A program made the position numbers and the translations under genes. Shown here in pieces: positions 11,724 to 22,700 of a stretch of DNA of 64,000 bases. Numbering within the stretch: the stretch's first letter is position 1; every line of letters begins with the position of its first letter. The DNA comes from Macrostomum lignano (Eukaryota): the NCBI GenBank assembly GCA_002269645.1, contig NIVC01000033.1, positions 237,335-301,334 of the forward strand. Direction: 5' to 3'. The notes beneath the pieces are model-generated. The model was not told where the DNA came from, ran no database searches, and saw nothing but the letters and a program-made list of their open reading frames with translations.

Positions 11724-14549
11724 ATCGCCACCCACCCGCAGGAATGGTATTCGAGATGGTCGGCACCCTGTTCGGCGTGATGACCTTCACCTTCATCACG
11801 CAGGTCGGGCCGGACAGGTGCACCCTGGCCTCGGCATCGGGCAACAGTCACTCCAACGGCAGCCTGTTGTCTAGCAACCAGTCCGCGCCGGCCACAGCCC
11901 ACGTGTCCCCAGAGGAGGAGGCCCGCTACCGCCTTGGCGCGTCCATCATCGGCGCCGTGGTGCTGCTGTGCGGCGGCATCGGCTTCTTCGGCACCAAGGA
12001 GATCGCCGCCGAGGTCAAGCAGGCCAAACCAACGTTGGGCAACGCCGTCGCCGACTCAAACAGCGACAGCATGCTGGCCACGTTCCGGAGCTGCCTCGGC
12101 CACCGGCCCTACCGGCTGCTCATGCTGAGCTTCATGCTGAGCTCCCTGGCCATCCAGACTGTGCAGAACAGCCTGGCTCTGTACACCATCTACAGTCTGA
12201 AAATGAAGCCGCATTTGAAATTCGCTATCGCCGTTGTCATGGTAACGGCCATCCTGGTCACCCCATTGGTGTTCTATCTGATCCGGCGGCTGGGCAAAAA
12301 GCGCGTCTTCATCATCGGACTGGCTCTGATACTGCCTGTCTGCCTGTCTGCCACTTTTTGTCCTGCCAGGTTTGTCACGCGGGCCATTTTTGTAACTCCT
12401 CAAGTGCCAGTTTGTTGTCTATGGGCCATTTTTAAGGTCACAGGTGCATTTTTAAGAGTGACTGTTTATGTAAATCTGTAAATCCAGGGCCGCCATTTTT
12501 TGTCAAATCCAGGGGCCGCCATTTTTTGTCAAATCCAGGGCCGCCTTTTTTTCAAATCCAGGGCCGCCTTTTTTCAAATCCAGGGCCGCCATTTTTTGTC
12601 AAATCCGGGGCCGCCATTTTTGCAAATCCGGGCCGCCATTTTTTGTTAAATCCGGGGCCGCCATTTTTGCAAATCCGTGGCCGCCATTTTTGCAAATCCG
12701 TGGCCGCCATTTTTGCAAATCCGTGGCCGCCATTTTTGCAAATCCGTGGCCGCCATTTTTGCAAATCCAGGGCCGCCATTTTGAGAAAATTCAGGGCCAC
12801 CATTTTTGCAAATCCAGGGCCGCCATTTTGAGAAAATCCGGGCCGCCATTTTTTGTCAAATCCGGGGCCGCCATTTTTGCAAATCCGTGGCCGCCATTTT
12901 TGCAAATCCAGGGCCGCCATTTTGAGAAAATCCAGGGCCGCTATTTTTGCACATCCAGGGCCGCCATTTTGAGAAAATTCGGGGCCACCATTTTTGCAAA
13001 TCCAGGGCCGCCATTTTGAGAAAATCCAGGGCCGCCATTTTTGCGAATCCAGGGCCGCTATTTTTGCAAATCCAGGGCCACCATTTTGAGAAAATCCAGG
13101 GCCGCCATTTTGAGAAAATCCAGGGCCGCTTGTTTGGCAAATCCAGGGCCGCCATTTTGAGAAAATCCAGGGCCGCCATTTTGAGAAAATCCAGGGCCGC
13201 CATTTTTATGAATCCAGAGTGAATTTCCGATCAAATCAAGCAGCAGAATACAAATCCATCCAACCCCCCCCCCGCCAACCCCAGAGTGCAATTCGTGCCC
13301 CAGTACTACGCAACCATGGTGGTGGCCGGCTGCTACGTCAGCATCAACATGCTGCTGCCCTGGATTATGCTGCCCGACGTCATCGATGACTACACGGTCA
13401 GCACCGGTCGGCGGGACGAGGCCGCCTTCTACAGCCTGTACGTGTTCTTCAACAAGTTCGCTGTGGGCATCAGCACCGCCTGCTTGCAGCTGGGACTTCA
13501 CCTCACCGGCTACCAGCTGCCGCCTTCCTGCCATCAGCCTGAGATGGTTGGCTACGCTCTGCGAGTCATGATGGGCCCTTTGCCTATGCTGCTAGTGGTT
13601 GCAGCATTCATTGTGCTCAGATTGTATCCTATAACACCTGAGTATAGGTGAGGGCTTGGCTTTGTGTAATCACTAGATCACTGGTGTCTATGACCGATCC
13701 GTAATGACTAGATCACAGGTGTCTTTGACCGATCCGTAATGACTAGATCACTGGTGTCTATGACCGATCCGTAATGACTAGATCACTGGTGTCTATGACC
13801 GATCCGTAATGACTAGATCACTGGTGTCTATGACCGATCCGTAATGACTAGATCACAGGTGTCTATGACCGATCCGTAATGACTAGATCACTGGTGTCTA
13901 TGACCGATCCGTAATGACCAGATCACAGGTGTCTATGACCGATCCGTAATGACTAGATCACAGGTGTCTTTGACCGATCCGTAATGACTAGATCACTGGT
14001 GTCTATGACCGATCCGTAATGACCAGATCACAAGTGTGCATGACCAGTCCGAATGACCAGATCACAAGTGTGCATGACCAGTCCGAATGACCAGATCACA
14101 AGTGTGCATGACCAGTCCGAATGACCAGATCACAAGTGTGCATGACCAGTCCGAATGATCAGATCACAAGTGTGCATGACCAGTCCGAATTGCCCATCCT
14201 CCACAGGCGCAATCTGGACAAGCGGATGCTGAAAGCCGCCCAGCTGGACGGATTGCCCATGAATTTGAACAGCCTGGATTATCTGGGCTCATCTGTGGAC
14301 CCGCTGGCAGCCTCGGGCAACGTCGCATCGCTGCAGTCGGCAGCTGCCGAGGCCGCTGACGGCGACAGTAACGGCGGCGGCGGCCCGTCCGGCTCCGGGA
14401 TCGTCGGCTGCTGCCTGCACCCCGGCGGCGGGGACAGCGGCTGCGGCGGCTCCGACAGCGCCTCCGATCCCGACGGCGTCTGCAGGAAGAAGCGGCTGTC
14501 GTCCTCGTCTTCGTCCTCACAGTCTGGCGGGGCTGCCGCGGTTTGCTGA
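3239..14549 (+). CDS. MFSD2: MFSD2-like major facilitator (GPH/melibiose-type Na+ symporter; lysophospholipid transporter family), 7 exons, 665 aa
   Basis: Exons 3239-3388, 4235-4518, 5086-5236, 8246-8324, 11742-12369, 13285-13647, 14207-14549; all GT-AG, phases consistent, total 1998 nt. Motifs GRFWDAVSDPLIG (both Na+-site Asp as in MFSD2A), YHIPYTAMTM..DRDAATTFRMVFEMVGT, LLPWIMLPDVIDDY, FYSLYVFFNKFAVG. Start codon of exon 1 is less certain. Confidence 0.88.
4608..5025. repeat. Intronic minisatellite, ~33-37 bp unit (ggtcattaggccatgcgatagaatcagataatta)
   Basis: Direct tandem copies visible; MFSD2 intron 2. Confidence 0.95.
5325..5968. repeat. Intronic minisatellite, 31 bp unit (gagaatctcatcccttgaaaaatcccctatt)
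   Basis: About 20 tandem copies; MFSD2 intron 3. Confidence 0.95.
6160..6240. promoter_or_regulatory. Cluster of housekeeping-promoter-like motifs inside MFSD2 intron 3
   Basis: GC box GGGGCGGG ~6166-6173, NRF1-like TGCGCATGCG 6184-6193, perfect palindrome GTCACGTGAC (USF/TFEB CLEAR-type E-box) 6193-6202, then a (CT)n tract. Confidence 0.4.
6445..8125. repeat. Intronic minisatellite, 16/32 bp dimeric unit (taaactagaatcttga taaactaaaatcatca)
   Basis: ~1.7 kb tandem array; MFSD2 intron 3. Confidence 0.95.
8855..10270. repeat. GA-rich intronic minisatellite, ~21-22 bp (gagagatggggagtgacagcgt)
   Basis: Tandem copies; source of the spurious 513/466-aa minus-strand ORFs. Confidence 0.95.
10345..10480 (+). 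mobile_element. Possible degenerate tRNA-derived SINE head
   Basis: TAGCTCAGCTAAGTAAGC (A-box/D-arm-like) followed ~25 nt later by CAGTTCAAGACTG (B-box/T-arm-like). 3' boundary unclear. Confidence 0.3.
11165..11722. repeat. 12-bp minisatellite (ctaagacagaca/ctaagtcagaca) grading into (GACA)n
   Basis: Ends ~20 nt before the acceptor of MFSD2 exon 5. Confidence 0.95.
12480..13205. repeat. Intronic minisatellite, ~23 bp (aaatccagggccgccatttttgc)
   Basis: Tandem copies; MFSD2 intron 5. Confidence 0.95.
13668..14190. repeat. Intronic minisatellite with two related subtypes, 35 bp then 34 bp
   Basis: gactagatcactggtgtctatgaccgatccgtaat then gaccagatcacaagtgtgcatgaccagtccgaat; MFSD2 intron 6. Confidence 0.95.
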
Positions 14550-14609
14550 GGATTCCAGAGTTACCCAACTCACCACCGAGTCATGCTTTGGCTCTTCGTG
14601 ATCCTGAAT

Positions 14610-15605
14610 CTCTGATCCGCCCCCCTCAGTCCTTGAGAATCCTCCCCTGATCCGCCCCTCACTCTTTGACAATCCGCCCCCTCACTCTTTAAGAATCCGC
14701 CCCTGATCCGCCCCTCACTCTTTGACAATCCGCCCCCTCACTCTTTAAGAATCCGCCCATGATCCGCCCCCTCACTCTTTGAATCCGCCCCTGATCCGCC
14801 CCTCACTCTTTGACAATCCGCCCCCTCACTCTTTAAGAATCCGCCCCTGATCCGCCCCTCACTCTTTGACAATCCGCCCCCTCACTCTTTAAGAATCCGC
14901 CCCTGATCCGCCCCTCACTCTTTGACAATCCGCCCCCTCACTCTTTAAGAATCCGCCCCTGATCCGCCCCTCACTCTTTGACAATCCGCCCCCTCACTCT
15001 TTAAGAATCCGCCCCTGATCCGCCCCTCACTCTTTGACAATCCGCCCCCTCACTCTTTAAGAATCCGCCCCTGATCCGCCCCTCACTCTTTGACAATCCG
15101 CCCCCTCACTCTTTAAGAATCCGCCCCTGATCCGCCCCTCACTCTTTGACAATCCGCCCCCTCACTCTTTAAGAATCCGCCCCTGATCCGCCCCTCACTC
15201 TTTGACAATCCGCCCCCTCACTCTTTAAGAATCCGCCCTGATCCGCCCCTCACTCTTTGACAATCCGCCCCCTCACTCTTTAAGAATCCGCCCCTGATCC
15301 GCCCCTCACTCTTTGACAATCCGCCCCCTCACTCTTTAAGAATCCGCCCCTGATCCGCCCCTTACTCTTTGACAATCCGCCCCTCACTCTTTAAGAATCC
15401 GCCCCTGATCCGCCCCCTCACTCTTTAAGAATCCGCCCCTGATCCGCCCCCTCACTCTTTGAATCCGCCCCTGACCAGCCCCCTCACTCTTTAAGAATCC
15501 GCCCCTGATCCGCCCCCCTCACTCTGAATCCGCCCCTGATCCGCCCCCTCACTCTTTGAATCCGCTCTTGATCAGCCCCCAGTCCTTGAAAATCTGCCCA
15601 TGATC
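14610..15605. repeat. 56-bp CCGCCC-rich minisatellite just 3' of the MFSD2 stop
   Basis: gatccgcccctcactctttgacaatccgccccctcactctttaagaatccgcccct tandem copies. Confidence 0.95.
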
Positions 15606-15939
15606 CGCTCCCATCTCCATTGTTGTTGCTAAAATGGCTGCATTTCTTAAGGATTACTCAGCAAAATATGACTCATACCGGATTATTGCCGATGAGTGAC
15701 TGGTGAACAGTAAAATTTCCTTTGCAACCAGTGCGTTGTCTCAGACTCTGAAAATGTATTGACTTGATTAGGGTTGCTCCGCAATGCAATTATTATTCTA
15801 TATTATGCATCTATTCTGCAATACAATACAGTTATTTAGTTCACTTGCTTGCTACCCTTATGTTTGTCTTGCTTTAAGCATTAATGTTTTTGTTTATTTA
15901 TTTTTTTGTTTCCGTTACTCAGATTGTTCTATGGTGCAA

Positions 15940-16112
15940 TTTTGGACTCGAACTCAGGCCCACCTGTTGAACAGAAATGGGGCTCGAACTCGGGGCCATC
16001 TTATTGACAGGGATGGGTCTCAAGCTCAGGCACACCTGTAAGACACAGATGGGACTCGAACTCGGGCCCACCTGTAAGACACAGATGGGACTCGAACTCA
16101 GGCCCACCTGTA
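15940..16112. repeat. Short ~36-bp tandem repeat (gggactcgaactcaggcccacctgtaagacacagat)
   Basis: 4-5 diverged copies. Confidence 0.8.
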
Positions 16113-17099
16113 AGAGTTCCTATTGAATATTCAGTCGACGGCAGTGCTTGCCGTGCTCGAATTTCAACGCAGTATCTGGTTGTCTGCAGTTACTGTCGCA
16201 CAGACTCTGAAACTTCCCATTCATAAAATAGCCAGTTGCAGCTCTGTCTTACCTTGTGAACAAAAAATATTTCCCTACTTTTTTATCGGTTCAAATGCCT
16301 CAGCTTTTGAGCTTCCTTTGTTGCTATGGCAACGGTGATTGACCGACTCTCTTGCCTTCGCCCCAGACTAATAATAAAAATATTGTTTGCATGCCACAAA
16401 GCATAATTCTGTAACTTCAGCGCCACCTAAATACTTTACTTACAGTAGTCGCAGCTGCTTTTTGTAGTAATAATGATTTTTGCCTCTATAACACATGTAC
16501 TTTAATTACTACTGGTTGTTCCGACAGTCTTCTAACCAGGTCTCTGCAATCAGTAGTCTATGCAGCGCAAGGTTCACAGAATTTCAACAGTGCTCCGCCT
16601 CGGTTTTCGTTTTGCTTTAACATTAGCGCTTAAGATTTGTTGTTTTCTTTGACTTCTTTTTATGTTAGGCATATGGACAGCTTAATTGAATTGCATTGTA
16701 AAATTTTTCTTGCACTTCTAGTCAAGGCCGGTTTTCATACTCTTCTGTTTTGTACTCCGCATCAGTTACTGTCGCCTCCCCCCCTTAGTATTTCATTTTG
16801 TGGTCGCCATTGTGCGGTTAATTGTTGACTCGTGCGCCGTATAGGTACCAGAGTGTACTTTAATTAATGTGAATCTTATACTTATCGTAGAATTTGCGTA
16901 CTTTAGTTTGAAACCGTTTTCACAAAGCAAATAATAATATATATTTGTGATTGAAAATATACCGAGTCTACATGCTGCGCAAGTCGCTTTTGTCGGACTT
17001 TTTCTTCGAGTTTCGAAGCCACATAAAAGCTAGAATTGCTGAAACTTGCCCAGTTGTTTGTTGGTTGAAAGCGTGACGAAATATTCACATTAAATAATG

Positions 17100-17670
17100 G
17101 CCAGCCTCCGGGAGTGTCAGTTGCTGGGCCAGCCTCCCAGATCCTTAGTTGCTGGGCCACCAGCCTCCCAGAACCTCAGTTTCTGAGCCAGCCTCCCCGA
17201 GTGTCAGTTGCTGGGCCAGCCTCCCAGATCCTTAGTTGCTGGGCGAGCCTCCCAGATCCTTAGTTGCTGGGCCACCAGCCTCCCAGAACCTCAGTTTCTG
17301 AGCCAGCCTCCCCGAGTGTCAGTTGCTGGGCCAGCCTCCCAGTTCCTCAGTTGCTGGGCTGCCCTCCCAGATCCTCAGTTGCTGGGCCACCAGCCTCCCA
17401 GTTCCTCAGTTGCTGGGCTGCCCTCCCAGATCCTCGTTGCTGGGCCACCAGCCTCCCAGTTCCTCAGTTGCTGAGCCGCCCTCCCAGATCCTCAGTTGCT
17501 GGGCTGCCCTCCCAGATCCTCAGTTGCTGGGCCACCAGCCTCCCAGTTCCTCAGTTGCTGGGCCGCCCTCCCAGATCCTCAGTTGCTGGGCCAGCCTCCC
17601 AGATTCTCAGTTGCTGGGCCACCAGCCCACCAACCTCCCCGATTTTCAGATGCTGGGCCACCAGCCTCCC
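17100..17670. repeat. Minisatellite ~28-31 bp (agttgctgggccaccagcctcccagttcctc)
   Basis: Tandem copies in the region between the convergent MFSD2 and striatin 3' ends. Confidence 0.9.
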
Positions 17671-18914
17671 AGAATCAGCTCCAGCAGTTTGCTGTAAAAG
17701 CAACGCAATAAAAGAACTCATAAAAGGACCATTAAATTTAATAGATTGCGGCAGCTTAAAAGTACAAACCCAGCAGCACGGTATATTTTCAACAGTGCCC
17801 GCACAGCAGCCAGTGAATTCGCTCCAGTATAATATATAGAACTATTTGTTATCAAAAAGAGCAATGTTTAAATAAGCAAAACACGTTTTAAATGATAATT
17901 ACAGTAAATCCACGCATGCTAAATTATATATTACTACTAGATGTGATTATTTGTGGGGTTAGCTCCTCAATTAGCACTGGTATCCTTGGTGACAGATTCG
18001 AGTTTAGGGCGGCTCGAGTATATGAAAGTTCATACGGCGAGCAGGCTGGATTTACAGAAATAAAAGTATATGACGGCATATAACACAAGACACACCAGGG
18101 ACTGAAAAAGCGAAAAAAGGATTGTTTATTCAAATAATTTTTATTTACGCAGTCAGTAGTTTAGCAAATAAAATTCCATCCAAACAGCTGGCTAAATATG
18201 CGCTCTACAGACTACTGTTATTAAGTAGGGTTATGAACATGTGTGCATTTTCAATATTATTAGATCCATCGGCAAATACATGTGCAAATAGTAATCGAAT
18301 ATGTGTATATGGAGAGAGACAAACAGCAAGTATTCACGTATGCTGACTGGCATACTATCTATTAGTACTAGTAGTAGCATTAAAATAATATTATATTATA
18401 TTAGTATTCTTATTAGGCGGGAGCAAGCGACAGTAGAGTGCACAAAGTACTTTATAACGACTGTACTACAATTTTTACCACTACATATTTTTAATAAGAC
18501 TACAATGACGATGGCAGACAGCGAAAGCAATTAGAAGTTCTTGTACTATTAAAGATTAAGCATTTGGACTGGAAACCCTGCAGTACTGTTGCAAACAAGC
18601 GCAACAGTCCAGTTTATTGCTCCGGTAGTCCTTGAGAATCGGAGGGGCGAGGGCAACTAGGCAAGGGGGGGACAAACAGACTGAAAACAATTATGATGAC
18701 AAACTGCAGTCCACTTGGAACTTAAAAGAGGTCCTTGAACACGGTAAAATGACGGTAAAGTTTTGTTTTTTTAGAAATTTTTGAAGGCTCATTTATACTC
18801 GCTCGGGTGGGCTGTTTTGAGATCTGGGATTTTTTGCCTTCAGAGCACATTGCAACAGACATCAGTTCAATGAAACAGCCATTCTCCTTATCTGCGGGGC
18901 GGCTTGGGAGGATT

Positions 18915-19610
18915 GCAGACCTGCCAGGAACTGCACACCAATCTGCCAGAAACTGCACACCAATCTGCCAGAAACTGCACACCAATCTGCCAGCAACTGC
19001 ACATCAATCTGCCAGAAACTGCACACCAATCTGCCAGAAACTGCACATCAATCTGCCAGAAACTGCACAACAATCTGCCAGCAACTGCACACCAATCTGC
19101 CAGAAACTGCACACCAATCTGCCAGAAACTGCACACCAATCTGCCAGAAACTGCACACCAATCTGCCAGCAACTGCACACCAATCTGCCAGGAACTGCAC
19201 ACCAATCTGCCAGAAACTGCACACCAATCTGCCAGCAACTGCACACCAATCTGCCAGAAACTGCACACCAATCTGCCAGAAACTGCACATCAATCTGCCA
19301 GAAACTGCACACCAATCTGCCAGAAACTGCACACCAATCTGCCAGAAACTGCACACCAATCTGCCAGAAACTGCACACCAATCTGCCAGAAACTGCACAC
19401 CAATCTGCCAGAAACTGCACACCAATCTGCCAGAAACTGCACACCAATCTGCCAGAAACTGCACACCAATCTGCCAGAAACTGCACACCAATCTGCCAGA
19501 AACTGCACACCAATCTGCCAGAAACTGCACACAAATTTGCCAGAAACTGCACACAAATCTGCCAGAAACTGCACACAAATCTTCCAGAAACTGCACACAA
19601 ATCTGCTAGA
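18915..19610. repeat. 22-bp minisatellite (gaaactgcacaccaatctgcca) just 3' of the striatin stop
   Basis: About 30 tandem copies; source of spurious ORFs on both strands. Confidence 0.95.
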
Positions 19611-19736
19611 GACAAATCCGGAAGCCTCGGAATAATCAATATTGAAATCTAGACTACCAATGCTGCGTTCTCAAAAAGCCTTGAAAATTCCAAGAAACAA
19701 ATTGCCTCTACAGAAGCCGTCACACGGGGGCTTCAA

Positions 19737-22700
19737 TCAAACAAAGACTTTGGCCAGCGCGTCGGCCCCGGCGCTGGCCAGGAGACTCTTGGCCGGGTGC
19801 AGGGCCACGTCGTGTACGGCCTCGTCGAACTTGCGCCGGTGCGCGGCGATCTCCTGCACGCAGCTGCGCGGATCGTCGAGACTCCAGACGCGCAGAGAGG
19901 CGTCGTGGCTGCCGGACACCAAGTAGAGACCGTTGGGGTCCACGGCCAGGCTGGTGACCGAGTCCAGGTGGGCCACCATGCTGTGCGTCAGCTCGCCAGA
20001 TGCGTAGTCATAGCAACGGATGCAGCGGTCCGAGTAGCCGGCCATGGCCGTGGCCTGTGAGATTCAACGGAGTTGTTGGTGGGGGGATTTAGGATGGGAT
20101 CAGAGGCCCCAATCAATCAGAGTCAGGATGGGATCAGAATCCCCAATCAATCAGTCAGGATGGGATCAGAATCCCCAATCAGAGTCAGGATGGGATCAGA
20201 ATCCCCAATCAATCAGAGTCAGGATGGGATCAGAGGCCCCAATCAATCAGAGTCAGGATGGGATCAGAATCCCCAATCAATCAGAGTCAGGATGGGATCA
20301 GAGGCCCCAATCAATCAGAGTCAGGATGGGATCAGAATCCCCAATCAATCAGAGTCAGGATGGGATCAGAGGCCCCAATCAATCAGAGTCAGGATGGGAT
20401 CAGAATCCCCAATCAATCAGAGTCAGGATGGGATCAGAATTCCCAATCAGAGTCAGGATGGGATCAGAATCCCCAATCAATCAGAGTCAGGATGGGATCA
20501 GAATCCCCAATCAATCAGTCAGAATGGGATCAGAATCCCCAATCAGAGTCAGGATGGGATCAGAATCCCCAACCAATTAGAATCTCCATAGCAACCAAAC
20601 GCCCACGAATAGGGAAAGCTTGGATTCCGAACTCACCTGAGTCGGGTGCGCCACCACCCGAGTCGCAGAGGCGGCTGCGCCTTCGCCCTCGCCAGCAGAT
20701 GACGTCGGCAATCGCAGCACCGTCTGGCCGGTCTCAGCGTCAACCAGCAGCAGACAGGAGCCGGCCGAGTCGGCAACAGTTGCCATGGAGACGAGCAGCT
20801 TGCCGGGATCGGCGGGCACAATGGCCAGGCTGGTGGGCCGGCCGGGCAGCTCGCTGGTGCGCAGCAGGGGACTCGACGAACCAGATTCATCATCGCCCTG
20901 CTGGTTGCCATGGTGACGAGTGCGCCAGGCGCGCAGAGTGGAATCAGCGCCGATGGAGAACACGGTGTCCTGAAAAAGCAGGTATTGGCTGGGTAAATTA
21001 TTAAAATAAAATTGCAATGGAAACCAGTCTGAAGCGTCACTTTTCTCAGTTCTGTGAGCAGCCCCGCGAACACGATCATTGTCTGCTGCATGTAAACACT
21101 GTGCTTAGGGGTCCGACAGCTCAGCCGCAGCTAATGCGCGGCGCATCTGAAGGCTGCGTACGGCTGTTCAGTCCAAGGACTGAGGGGGGGGGTCGTCACA
21201 CACCCTCAATTACCCCAGCTAATGCTGGCACCCATTTTACAGCTGGGTGAACTGAAGCAATGCAGAGTTAAGCGTCTTGCTCAAGGACACAAAATGTTTT
21301 CCGGGTAGGTCGAGAATCGAACCCCCGACCTTTCAGTCGTGAGTCCGTCGCTTTGACTGCTAGGCTCACTCCTCACCTTGGATTTTCAAAACTATTTAAA
21401 AAGGCTTCCCCAATGCAACTCACCGGCCCCATAGCGGCCAGACTCCACACGGCATCCTGGTGGCCTTCAAGAGCTTCGCCGACCAGGCTGGCATCGAAGG
21501 CGTCGTACTGGTCCAGGCCGGACAGGCTGGGCGGCAGCCGCCAGACCCGCACGCAGCCGTCCAGGCCGCCAGTGCAGGCGAGGCCGCCGTCGGGAGAGAC
21601 GCAGACGGTCAGCACAGGGCCAGCGTGGCCGCGGTATGTGTGCACCGGCTCCAGCTCCACCTGGGGACCGGCCGTGCCGCCTGCCAAGCGCTGGCTGTCC
21701 GACCCTGCCGATGTGGGCGAGCCCGCCTCCTGGAGTGCCGGGCGTTCAAGCGGATTTTAGGTTATCAACATTGCGATGCTTCCTCCTTATTCTTCCTACA
21801 TCCGCATGTCTTCTCCATCTCTTCTCTCCTGATACCCCCTCCTTTCCTGATCCTTCCCTCCCCCTGATCTCCTCTCCAACTGACTCCCTCTCCCCCTCCT
21901 GATCCCCTCTCCCTCCTGATCCCCTCTCCCTCCTGATCCCCTCTCCCTCCTGATCCCCTCTCCCTCCTGATCCCCTCTCCCTCCTGATCCCCTCTCCCTC
22001 CTGATCCCCTCTCCCTCCTGATCCCCTCTCCCTCCTGATCCCCTCTCCCTCCTAATCCCCTCTCCCCTCCTGATCCCCTCTCCCTCCTGATCCCCTCTCC
22101 CTCCTGATCCCCTCTCCCTCCTGATCCCCTCTCCTTCCTGATCCCCTCTCCCCTCCTGATCCCCTCTCCCTCCTGATCCCCTCTCCCTCCTGATCCCCTC
22201 TCCCCTTCCTGATCCACTCTCCCTCCTGATCCCCTCTCCCCTCCTGATCCCCTCTCCCTCCTGATCCCCTCTCCCCTCCTGATCCCCTCTCCCTCCTGAT
22301 CCCCTCTCCCCTCCTGATCCCCTCTCCCTCCTGATCCCCTCTCCCTCCTGATCCCCTCTCTCCCTCCTGATCCCCTCTCCCTCCTGATCCCCTCTCCCCT
22401 CCTGATCCCCTCTCCCTCCTGATCCCTTCCCCGCCTGGTCCTCAGCCATTCACCGCACCTGATGCACGGCTCTGCCGCTCAGATTCCACAGCTTCATTGT
22501 GCCATCCTCGGAAGCCGTCAGCAGGGCCGAATCGGTGGGATGAAAGGCCAGGCTCCGAACGCTGTCCAGGTGGGAGCGCAGGTTGAACTTGGAGGCCCAG
22601 GTGCGGCGGGCCGAGGCGGATCCGCCGGCCGAAATGCCGACATCGTCGTCGTAGTCGCGCTCGTTGGTCACGTCGATGTTCTGGGATTTGGGGGCACGGG

